From Podarcis filfolensis (taxonomy: Eukaryota), in assembly GCA_964270895.1 (NCBI GenBank), contig OZ185436.1: 64,000 bases of DNA; one strand, written 5' to 3'. Shown here piece after piece: positions 37,923 through 49,700 of the stretch. The position numbers and the translations under genes are program-made. The stretch's first letter is position 1. Every line of letters begins with the position of its first letter. The notes beneath the pieces are model-generated. The model saw nothing but the letters and a program-made list of their open reading frames with translations. It did no database searches and had not been told where the DNA came from.

Positions 37923-39559
37923 TGTTTTTGTCAGGCTAGGATGTTTCTGAATTCTGCTGGTGCCTGTTGGTTTTATGGATACGGAGGGGTGTGTGAGTGT
38001 GTGTAGGTACTAGCCTACCACACAAGGTAACATTTGCATCAAATGTTCCACCTACTTTTGCCTCTAGCTCCACCCACTACCACTGGAATGTGGCCCTCAA
38101 AAGGTTTCCCAAAAACAAATGTGGCCCTTGGGCTGAAAACGGTTTCCCCACTCCTGACTTATAACGGTTCCCTCCACCAGAGTGGAGGGCAATTGCTGTC
38201 AATCTGTATTCTGACACACACAATCTGGAAGGGCGTCCTTATTTCTCTGTTGCGGCAAAAAAGAAACAGAACGGCGGCAGCGAGGTCTGCTGGCCTCTTA
38301 AAGGGCAAGAGCCACAGAGTGGTGTGAGCTCTCTAGGGATTAGACACAGGAGTCCTTTGTGACCCACCAAGTCCTTTTGAAGAACACAAGTCCTTTTGCA
38401 TTCTGCTGACAGGGCTGAATAGCAAAATGCCTCTTAAGATATTGTGCCACTGTTTATGGTCTGTCCACAGTGCTTTCTGTGGAGGCAGAGGTGGATTTTA
38501 TGGTCATCTGAGCCTGCCAAGGGCACACTCATTTTCACAATAGGAGTTAGATATGAATTTCAGTATTTTCCAAATACGGTTTGCCGGATGGCAACATAGC
38601 TACGTGTTCTCAGTTTGCCCTTGGTTCATTGAGACTCGGGGTGGTTTTTCTCCCCTCATCCCACCCAACAAAAGGCAGGAAACTGTTTGAAATAGTGCAT
38701 GCTGCCTAACTTATGGAGGAAGGTGATAATTTACAAGGCAGAAACCACAAAAATAGCCCTGTCGTTTATCAGGGACATCACATACTGGCCTTTGGAACCA
38801 CCAAAAGAAGGTGTCTGAAAGGTCACCTAACTGCAGCTGCAGTTGTTGACATCAAGGCTCTGCAAATCCATCCTGCATCCTCTCTTTGTCCATAGTTCCC
38901 CCTTTGTACATCTTTGTTGGGGTCATATATTTAACACACCCTAACCTCTAAGTGAAACAGTTCTGAGCATCACAGGTAGCTATGAACTATTTTCTCTAGA
39001 CAGAGTGTTTCATGTTTCAACATCTCTCATCAACCACAATTTTAGACTTAGCCTCCAATTTGAAAGCAGATCTCACAATCAGAATATTAACATATCTAAA
39101 TTAGCTACAAATGCCTGTTATGATCAAGTACCATGTTACCCTTTAATGAAACAACTATAACATGGCACTTGCCTTGAGCCAGGTTTGGCTAAGGCTTAAC
39201 TCTCAGGTATGTTCTCAGTGCCATGATTCATCACTAGAACATGTGGAGAACATAATTTCATACATGAATCTATGCTCTTCACATGAAACTCGTTGTATGA
39301 AATGTATGAAAACATACATTTCACTCATTGTTCAGTTATTAACCCCAGTGCCCACATATCTAGAATCAGAGGGGAAAGAGGCCTGCCTTCTAGGAAGACT
39401 TTATCTCCAGCAGCAATATGATTAAAAATTAAGCCCTGATAAGTTGATCACAGCTCTCTACCAGATCACCTTTGACTCCAAATGCACCAAAGTTCTCTGT
39501 ATGCATTCAACTATATTTTAGAGAGCCCTCTACAACTTCATTTAATTTAAATGCTCATA

Positions 39560-39595
<36 letters not shown>
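39560..39595. repeat. (GAT)n microsatellite
   Basis: Direct observation, 12 units. Confidence 0.97.
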
Positions 39596-40163
39596 CCTTC
39601 CCAAAAAGGCAAAAGCCCCTGAGAAAATCAACCAAGTAGAAGGATGGATGGAACTGTTTTGGACAGGCAGTAGAATTTAACTGAAACATTCAGTAGGTGT
39701 TCACAGAATGTCTTTAATTTCCAAAATAATTACAAACTGGGGTTTAAGTCTGTCTCAGAATACTTGTGTCACCCTGATCCTAAACATATGAGGCTGGCTG
39801 TGGTCAGCAAGTGGTGACAGAAAGGAACTCTGTACATGTTAGAAACAATTCTCTTTTTTACTTCTCTTTCTAACTTCATTCTTTCCAAGAACTAAACACT
39901 GGAATTGAAAACAGACTCCGGAGCTACTCTACTTCAAATTATACCTCATTCCTGGGGAGTTATTTTCTTTCAACATGGGATGTCACACTGTACAGAGTTG
40001 ACAGCCCCTGCCTTCACTACTCACCCAGCTCATAGTAGCTAGACAGACAACTAGCCACTGTGGAATAACAAGAATTGCTGCTATACAAGGAATCTTCAAA
40101 ATGTGTAATCCTCCAGAGCAAATGCAAGAAAAGCCAGTAACTGGTTACTTTATTGGGAGGATG

Positions 40164-40213
40164 CATTACATTATATTACATTACATTACATTACATTACA
40201 TTACATTACATTA
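40164..40213. repeat. (CATTA)n pentanucleotide microsatellite
   Basis: 10 units, one of them a TATTA variant. Confidence 0.97.
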
Positions 40214-41985
40214 GTCTAAAAAAAACCTCATTGCAACAAAAAGGCACACAGTGAGATTGTTCTGTTGTCCTGAGTTCATTAGCCAGTGCACTGTATTATT
40301 TTAGCACTCCTTGCTCCTTTGCAATCTAAAAGCGAAACTCTGTCCTTGCCTCTAAGAATTGACACTCAGGATACAAATGCTCATTTCTGCAGGGCAGGTG
40401 ATCTGTCACTTGGAATCACTGATTCTCCTTGACAATTCAAACTCCACATCACATGAACCAAATCAGAAATGAAATAAAGTATGCATTTTAGGAAATGGGT
40501 GGTTTCCTCAGCTCTTACATTAAAGTCATCCTTAAGGACACTGGAGGATTCACCATATATACTGTGGAAATCTCCATGTGTCTCACCTGCAAGGTAGCTT
40601 AGAAAACAATTGAAAAATCTGTCGCAATCATAACTCGGATTTACTGGAGGAACACTCAATCAATGCAGCAGAGAAGGAGTTAAAGATGTGCCTGAGGACT
40701 GAAATGACAGACTAATAAAGATAAGACAGGAAGAGGAAGGAAGGACCCCAGTGAGTGCAACAGTGACCTATCTGAAACAGACATTCTGGCCCGCAGGCTT
40801 CTCTCTTAATGGCTTGCAGACTGACTGTGCAACCAGGGTAAATCAAAAAAAGGTGAAGAAGCAAAATCCTCTTGGTGCGGAAAGATTTCTCTCCACTGAA
40901 GTTTCCAGAGCATCCCGCCACACAAAGGTCTCACAAGCCAGGCCCTTATCTTCTGAACAGCCTGGCTAACGTTTCCAGTCCAAGGGCCTCGCCGTCCCAC
41001 TGCAAACCTTCTGGGGACCACTTGCCCAAGTTGGTGTGGCTGAAGTGTAAAGTGCACATGACTGAGGCCAGCTTGAAAATCTTATTAATGCATATGATTA
41101 ACTGGAATTAATGTTTAAAACATTAATTGAAATTAATTCATTGCCCTGGTATGGTTTGTTACAGTCACCAAAAACTAATACTGCTTGACTTTAATGGTCT
41201 GTAGCAATTATTATTCTCCCCCACAGCACCACCTTTAAACATTAATGAATTAATTGTCATTGCTCCCCCTGCCTGGGGCATAAGGAGAAGGGTGGAATGG
41301 CAACCACTTCAGTACAATTGATAGTCTACAATTCCCTTTATAAAGCACCATCTGTAGGGGCCCTTTTCTACTACCTCTGAACTGAAATTCTCCTCTTTCT
41401 CTGAACATCAGCCTTTGGGTTTGAAGCTTAAAAGCCTCTCCATGAGGTGACAACACCTCCCCCACTTCACTGTGTTGCAGCTCTCCCTCTCACTGGTGAC
41501 CATTGTTCAAATTTCCTCCCCATCATGGTCCTGGGCTGAGAGTCATGAGGAGGAAAACGGCACCTTCCTCACTAATGCACCATTGAGAACCTCTGCATAA
41601 CACTGTCCTCAGTGATGCTCATAGCAGTGATATCATCCAAGCACTTACAGAAATCTCCAAGCGCTCCAGAAGCATTAGTTGCAGCAGAAAGCAGCAGCAG
41701 CTCAATGCAGAGACCCCAGAAAACTGTAGGGCCCTTTGTAATCCCTACAAAGCCCAGCCACTGACAGTTACATGCCCTGTATTGCTCTCATTATGCCTTT
41801 AATTTTTGTCACCACCACTGAAAGCAAAATGTCTTGGGAGGCCTTAGGGGCCATATCTGGACCAGGGGCTGCAAGTATGTCACTGCTATGACAAACTATA
41901 GTTTACAGCTAGAATGAGCCTTGGGCTCATACACTCTCCCCCTTCTCCTTTCATGTAGAGAGCAGGAGGCCCCTGGCAGCATTTA

Positions 41986-42226
41986 CAGTGGAACCTTGGT
42001 TCTCAAACTTAATTCATTTCGGAAGTCTGTTCAACTCCCGAAACGTTTGAAAACCAAGGAGCAGCTTCCAATTGGTGCAGGCACCCCAGAAACAATAGCT
42101 GACAGCCACATCAGACATTCGGCTTCCAAAAAACATTCGAAAACCGGAACATTTACTTTTGGGTTTTCAGTGTTCGGGAGCCGATTTCTTCGTCAACTAA
42201 AGGGTTCAAGAACCAAGGTTCCACTT
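41986..42226. mobile_element. Tc1/mariner-type MITE, 241 bp
   Basis: TIRs CAGTGGAACCTTGGTTCTCAAAC / AAGTGGAACCTTGGTTCTTGAAC, with flanking TA at 41984-41985 and 42227-42228. Confidence 0.88.
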
Positions 42227-42264
42227 TACTTTCATTTCCAATGAATTTTGGCTCGTCATTGCAT

Positions 42265-42400
42265 GTGAACAAGGGATTCTGGTTCATAACAAACTCTGTT
42301 CAGTTTCAAAGCAAGCTAACTTCAAACCATGAATTGTGAAGCTGGCTTGCTAAACTAACCAGAGTTTGTTATAAACCATGACTCTTAGTTCACAGGCAAC
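42265..42400. repeat. Palindromic MITE family D (aagccaacttcaaacca..tgaagctggctt)
   Basis: aacaaactctg..gcaagctaacttca is inverted with tgaagctggcttgc..ccagagtttgtt. A related copy lies at 62845-62985. Confidence 0.6.
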
Positions 42401-43829
42401 AGCACACCAAGATTAACTGAAACTAAAGCCACACTGCTGAAAGCTCTCCTCTCAACCATGTAGCAAGTAAAAAGAGTTGGTGCTAGGAGCAAGGTTATAT
42501 GACGTGTGAGCCCAAGGCTTGCACAAGTTCGTTCCAGCTCATGCAAGTCATGAGAAACAATGGCACAACATGACTTGCTAACCTGTTCTCTGTATCAGAT
42601 TTAAGGAAGTTTTATGATGCTATTCTAAGCACATGTAGTAGTTCATTGGAAAGTAATGGGACTTGCTTCCATAAAGGGTCAAGATGCTTGATTAACATGG
42701 AGAGTAGGTTAAGGTCTGTCTTCTTTTGCTCCACTAAATGCCTGTCCAGCCTTTCTTTTACAACTTCAAAAGGGAGAAAATTCCACCAAGTTTCCAAGAC
42801 AGTTTCTTACACTGTGGAATTTCAGCCAGGCAGGTCTTCCTGTAGATTAGCCAAAATACTTTTAAACCATTACTTCTTATACTATCACAGACAGAACAAT
42901 TCACAGAAGTGAACAGAATGAACAATTATTTGTTCTCTTTCTCCCACAAAGAAGCCTGTTAACCTTTTTTCCACACCTCCAAGCCTTTTCTCCGATCTTG
43001 TTCCATAGCTAAACATACCAAGGTCCTTCAAGCATCTGAAGGAGGAGGAGAGGACAGAGGGTGAAAAAAGAGCTGTGAATGGAGGGGGACACTTTCCCCT
43101 CCTCTGGACCCCCTGGGAAACACAACAAACCTGCTGCACCTGGAACTGGGTGTGGAGAGTGCAGCTGAATGAGACATAGCTGAGGAAGTAGCATCCACCT
43201 TGATACCTGCCCATAAAAAGCAAGTGCAGAGTGAGAAACTAGGGTCATAGTCATGGTTTCCAGGAACTTTTCTCAATGTGAGACTTTTGTGGGTGAGCTG
43301 AGTGTTTGCCTGGATCCTGGGAGAGAACCCAGGGGGCTGAGAAGGAATGTCTGAAGGAAAATGAATTGATACTGATTGAGATATATCAGTAACTTTGTAT
43401 TAATGTAATGTTTTAATATGTAACTGTGCATTTGTAATATTTTGTTTAAGATGTCTGTTGTTGCTTCAGTATTCTGTAAGTCACTTGAAGATACTTTTAA
43501 TATATTAAGCGGTATGGAAAGTAAATAAGCAATAAAAAAAAGCCATCAACTTTCCCCGTATGACCTGCCTTTTATATTCTCTCTTACCCTTGTGGCTCTC
43601 TTAAATCATTTTCCACATTTTTAAACAGTGATGCCCAGAACAAAGCCCCATATACAAATTACCACAGTACAAAACAGGGTGGTGTTATTTTTTACTACCT
43701 GAGCCTTGGATCAGATGCTTTTAAATGGTACAGGTCTTTTTGTATGTAGCATTGTTATGAAAAAAGGGATGGGGGGAGAAACGAGAGGATCCACAATACA
43801 GAGTTGCAAAGGCAGTCTTGGTAACTTAC

Positions 43830-43944
43830 CTCAGACATGTTGACACGCCCTTCCAGAAAGGAACAGTCAGCGGCATTGTGGGTACAAATATGTCGATATT
43901 TACACCAATGGCAAGGGAAGAATCCATTCACACAGGACAGGCAA
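43830..43944 (-). CDS. PLXNA1: Plexin-A1 coding exon (PSI2 domain): (S)[38 protein letters not shown]
   Basis: 115 nt, acceptor ttcttgcag|T (phase 2), donor GAG|gtaagt (phase 0). Translation matches recalled vertebrate PLXNA1 [34 protein letters not shown]. Confidence 0.96.
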
Positions 43945-45734
43945 CTGCAAGAAAAAGAGGTCAAATCAGCATAAATATTTCTGGAACTATCCCATGTAAC
44001 AATTCAATACTTCCGTTGCTGTTGCTGTTTAAGATACAGGATCCCCAGAGTTCCATGTACAATAAATATTGAGAGCATTTATCCCCAAGTCCAGTGCAAC
44101 GTTTCACGAGCAAGACAGAGGCAGGGACAGCTTAACAGTACATGGGAACACTAGACAAAGATGAGAAATGAAAAGCTTGCATTGTCCAACGCAGTTGGAG
44201 AGGTTTTACAGAGCTGAAGAGTGGATTTACAAGTATTTGGATATGGACATACCATACCATAAGCATTATGATGCCCAGAAGCATTTCTCTAAAAGCACCC
44301 AACGTTTTTTTCCAGCAAAACGTTCAGGATGAGCCACAATGTGGAGCCAGGAGGATACAGGGCAGACTAGAATTTTGTGGGACTAGAACTCCCAGATCCA
44401 CCAACTGGAGCCAGGTACAAAGCATGCACACTTAGGACTAGAGAAGCCCGAGCCCAGAAATTTGTTCTGAGTACCATAAACAAACACACTGTCTTGCCAC
44501 ACACAAATTGTTACTGTTGTTAAACAATGGTGAGTCAGAAACCTTCAAATCACCCGGAAATCTACCAGAATATCCTGTACTACCTTCTGCTCACCCCTGC
44601 CTTAGAGCCACAGTGAGGAACTGAGAGAAATGTCAAAGATTTGAATGTCCCCTACTGGGTCATCCATGTCATACCCTGCAGCACTGTCTCCTCAGCACCA
44701 TGCAGGAGCAGCTGAGGTCACTATTGAATCAAAGATGAGAGCATCCCTAGGACTGCGGCACCGCCTCCTACGCCTGCATAAACAGAACGTTACAAACGTC
44801 ACAGCTTAATGCTCTCATTCCTTAATCCCTGTGCCAACCGCCTTCTCCTCCTCCCACATTAGGCCCCATAATACATTCCATGTGGTCAAGTGTGCACCCC
44901 CTGTGACCTCTCCTCCTAACTTGGCAGCGCCAGGATCCTTTCCTCACCATCCATTTGCATGTGGGTTGAATCACAGACTTTGTGAGCTTTATTTTTGGAT
45001 TCATGAAAGGCAATTTTAATGAACAGAAGGAAAAACAAAAGTCCTCCATTGCGGGAAGCAAAATCCTTGAGTCTTAAAGTCGAGTAATTCATAGGAAATT
45101 TATACAGCGAGCAAACGCTTGAGTCAGATTAACATTTTGGGACTGTAAATGTCTTTCATATGCTTATGCAGCCACATACTGCAACTCCCTTCTTTTACTT
45201 CCTCTCCTACCCACTCACACTGTTTGTGTGCGTATCATGTTCCTCCCTTCCCTCTGGTCACAAGTTTTGATCCATGTATTTTCCTGGTGTTCTGATACAT
45301 ACAGTCTTCTCCTTCAATGCCTTGTTTATCTCCCATTTTCTCTAGTTTCTGACCTTGAACATCATTTCCTTAGTTCTTAAGGTCCTGCTCAGCAAATACT
45401 AAGAAGGGCCACGTTTTGAACTGTGCAGCGTTTGAAGCACCAGCATCATTGGCTATGTCAGCTGAGACACAAGTTAGCAATCTAACCAACCCCCTTTTCT
45501 CCAACATGGAACAGCAAGGCAACTTCTGGCAAAGTCTTCTCCTTTGGGGCTCCAGCTGTTCACACTGGAGAAGTTGGATTCAGGAGCTCTTCCCTTTTCA
45601 GTTGTATAGAGACAAACAGAGGTTTCACTATTTTGCTATTAAGGCAAAAATAGTCTTCTTCCTGATTGTGGTGGGAGAAGATTTTGCAGCTAAGCCCAAA
45701 ACAACCTCGTCTCTCCCTCTCCCACACAAAAACA

Positions 45735-45788
<54 letters not shown>
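45735..45788. repeat. (GA)n(GACA)n compound microsatellite
   Basis: Direct observation. Confidence 0.96.
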
Positions 45789-46094
45789 TCTCCCTCCCTT
45801 ATTGGGGCATTTTCCTTCCTCTTTCAATAAGCCTTCTAAGTGGAGATTTTTATCTGTATTTTGCTCTGTATTGGATATGAAATAGTTTTTTATATATGCA
45901 ATTGTTTTAACTGCTCCAATACATGCAATTTGTTTCATACATGCTTCTACTGCACTGTGAAATTGCTTCAAGATACTTAATAAGAAGCGATTCATAAATG
46001 AAATGAAATAACAGCAACAACAAATGTGATTACAATTGTGTGAAGGGGGGGGTAGTTAAGGCCACACTAGCTGTCCCTGTCTCACTGCCTTCCA

Positions 46095-46752
46095 CAATAC
46101 GTAGTGGGGAAACTTTATTACCTCACTGCTCATCCCTAACACTAGACCATTCATGAACAAATGATAGAGCACAGCTCACAATACCAACCGTTGGAAGGCT
46201 TCACTTCTTATACCCCCTCCATTGAGAGAGATCTTCCTGTTTACTCCTACTCTTCCTGTTCCTTAACCAGTTACTGTCCATTAAGAGGACCCCTCCTCTT
46301 CTCCCATGACTGCTAAGCTTAGCAAGGAGTCTTTGGTGAGGGGCTTTATCACAAGCTTTTGGAAAGTCTAACTACGCAGTGTTGACCGGATCACCTCTAT
46401 CTGTATGCCTTCTGAAACTCTCCCAAATAACTCTTAAAGGTCAGTGTGGCAGGACTTACCCTTGAAGAAGTCATGCTGGATTTGTTTCAGTAAGACCTGT
46501 TCTTCTATATACTTGTTAATTCTATCGTTAAATGCTTTCCACCAGCTTTCGTGGAACAGATGCTAAGCTAATTGGCCTGTAGCTTCCAGGATCCCTTTCG
46601 CGCTGTGGACACTGTTCCCAGTCGGTTCAACAACAGTTGCAGGTCCTGGACCCCATTTAAAATTAAATCCAAGGTCACCAGCCTCCCTCTGATTGCTTCC
46701 ATGACCCACTGTTCCAGGGCACAGTCATTCAGGATAGCTAGACAGGTTTCCT
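46095..46752 (-). mobile_element. Degraded CR1 LINE ORF2 fragment (endonuclease segment joined to RT segment)
   Basis: The minus strand gives LNDCALEQWVME..RG..TLDLILNG (endonuclease) at about 46600-46750. It is followed directly by DPGSYRPISLASVP and degenerate RT motifs corresponding to KAFDKVPH, GVPQGSVLGP.LF..F.N.L and KFADD. Many stops and frameshifts. Confidence 0.85.
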
Positions 46753-49700
46753 CTTTGTTATAACAACAAAATAATAACTAGAAGACTGCTTCTCCTGACT
46801 GCAACTCAGCCCACAGCTAATGTGCCCAGTCCACTTTATGTAGCTTTGTGGTGGTGAAATCAGTATGAGTTGAACTGCTAGTTGTGGATGTAGCAAGCAC
46901 AGCTCTGATCAAACATGCACACCACACTTGCTTGTGTCACCAACCTGGTTGTGCGAAGCCTAGAAAAACAGGTATGTGATACTCTTGTAGCACCAATAAA
47001 AAGCAGCAGCACACTTTTCCCACATCTACTTCTGGGACCTCAGTGACCCAATAACTTCTTGTTCTAGAGTTTCATGCTCTATTAACTACTCATGGCAACT
47101 TCTCATAGCCTAACACACATAAAGTATTAATAGGCTGCTTGCTGGAAATCATTTCCATGTTTCATTCACATCTTCACTCCCCCCCCCAAAAAAAAGCCAT
47201 TTTAGTGGTACACACAAATAAATGTATTGAGACACTCCTAATGCAATCCATGTATTCCATGTATATGAAACGGATGTGCTTATCGCCAGAGAAAAATATC
47301 AGAATAACTGGACTATTTGATGACAGACCATAGCACAAAGGAAGAGCACATACTTAAAATGCAGAAAGAGCCCAAAGATTTTAGGTGATGGAATGACCTC
47401 TGGAGAGCTGGAGTACAGTATGTTGGGCTAGATGGTGAACACGTCTGTCTTGGTACGAGGCAACTCCTTGTATTTCTATTATCAACTCAAGTTGCATCAT
47501 TTTGAATAAAGACTGTCATTGCCTGGTTTAGCAAACAAGTCAAGAAGAGTAAATATGGAAAAAGAGTGAACAATCCAACTCTGGGGCAAGAGATGAACAG
47601 TAATTAGAAAAGGCTGGATCTGTGTCTCACATATACTTTATTTATTTTGGTTAGTCTGTACTCTGCCTTTCCATTCAGAACTACCCAAGAACCTAGTGCT
47701 TTCTCCCAGTGTTAACCCCAATGCATAGTCCCTTGATTAAGCATCAGACCAGTAGGGAAATCTGAAGCAGCCAGAAAACAAGCTTCATGTCACCCATGAG
47801 AACAGAAATCTATGGTGAGGATCAGGCAAGGATAACAGAGACAAAACTTTAAAGTTAAGTTTCAACTGGCAGTGTCCTGAACAATGAAAAATACCTATGG
47901 AGTACCTAGCATTATGCCATATCATATCAAAGCTACTGATCTTAATGCCAAGATTCTGTTAGTATCACTGGAATTCTCACATTCTTTGCAGGGAAAGAGG
48001 TGGCTACTTGTTCACCTCAAAATATGAATAACATATTCGTCACACATTCAACTCTGCATGCTACTGCCTCACGGAAGGATTAACATGCAACTTTAATACT
48101 ATATCTGGAGATCTCCATAAGAACTGGCAACAATCCTTGGAATCATTCAATTTATCTGGGTGTAGAGGAAAAAAAGATAATCATAAACTGCTTTGGTGGG
48201 CATGCTACTTTAGAAACACTATATAAACAGGGTTATATCCAGCCAAGTTTTACTCAGAGCAAACCCTTTTCAATTAATGAAGCTAAGTTAGTCATGTCTA
48301 TTAACATCAATGGGTAGGGCTAGCATGGACTACAATCCATAATAAAGAAATAATTGTACCCATGTGGTTGGGCTTAATGCAACCGTGGTCCTCATGTGGT
48401 TGAGAGGGTAATCATGTGAAAATGAAAATGCATCACCCGGCACCAAAATGATCTCAACCCTGTCCATACCCTTTAGTCAACAAGACTGAATAATTCTAGG
48501 TGAAAAACAGGATATATCCTACTGATAAGAAGAAAGATGCAGTCAGCTCTTTCATATACAGAGGTAATTAGACTTCAGAGCTATATTCCCATCTTTGAAA
48601 TGATGAAGAGAAGCTCTTTCTGTTGGGGCTCTCTCATTAAGCAGACAGTAGTCCTATGCAGGTACCACTGCTGCACCAATTAATATCTGTCATTTGTTCT
48701 GAAAGTTTATCATTATATTTTAAAATAAATGTAAAAACAAACAAACTTGGAGCACAGCATGCCTCTGCTCAAAGGAAAAACAACTTTGAGCTCAGTTTAT
48801 CGCCTCAAAGGGATCCAGTGAGATCCAGCGCACAATAAGAAGGCAGGCTCTTCAGTTTTCTGTTATGAGACTAACTTGTTTCAGCCAAGGCTTTACAGCC
48901 TGTTTGAGGGGTTTATCCCCTATATCCATATGTCATTGCTGTCTGTTTATGTTTCAGTGGCAGGTTGTTTTGCAGCATGATACCATCTGCTTCAAGACTC
49001 TCTCTTCCTTGGGTGAGCACAATTTACTCTCATTACTTGCGGGCTAAACATTGTTCTTGATGGCGGAAACAGGAAATGCCCTTTCCCACAATACACTAAA
49101 CGCTAGAGAAGAAAATGCACCCCCGTTCAAACTTGGTTTGTGCCTGTCAAAATAGACTGAAACCCATGCTTGCTTGAAACGACAATAAACACCTAAGTGC
49201 AGGTACAATCCGCAGATCATTCAACACCGGTTCCCATAAGGACTTCATTACTTGTGTCTCTGAGAGGCAAGCAAGGCCAGAATCTGACAGGCAAGCAAGG
49301 CCAGTTATAGTAACAAGGTGCAAATTAATGAGCAGCAAAAGCTGGGGAGGGTACCACACTGGCTAATCTCATCCCTTGATGCTACTGCCTGGTAAAGCAA
49401 CACACACACTGAAATAGACATGTTCAAAGAATGTGGGAAGGAGTTCTCCACACATACCAATGCATGTGCTGGGTGCTCTTCCATGCGCAGAGGGGCCCTA
49501 ATGTGACCAGGGTACCTTCTCACACAAATAACTCTTTAAATGTACCCGGAACATATGGGCATTGTTTGGGGAAGCATGGCTGTATGACCCCCTTTGTGTC
49601 TTTTTCAATGCATGGCAGGGCCTTATAAACCACCCGTTATGAACTCCAGAGCAGAGCTATCCAGATGGAGGACTTGTACCAGCACATCTTCTGCTGAGCT

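Noticed and set aside
42725-42800. Short minus-strand CR1-like ORF2 tail (WWNFLPFEVVKERLDRHL)
   Set aside because: Probably a real but tiny decayed LINE remnant, too short to delimit or to be of interest.
290-43944. Assignment to PLXNA2, PLXNA3 or PLXNA4, suggested by the long introns
   Set aside because: The exon peptides ([41 protein letters not shown]) match PLXNA1-specific residues as recalled.
49265-49304. 16-bp direct repeat aggcaagcaaggccag with an 8-nt spacer
   Set aside because: Only two units, a local tandem duplication in vertebrate DNA. Not a CRISPR array.
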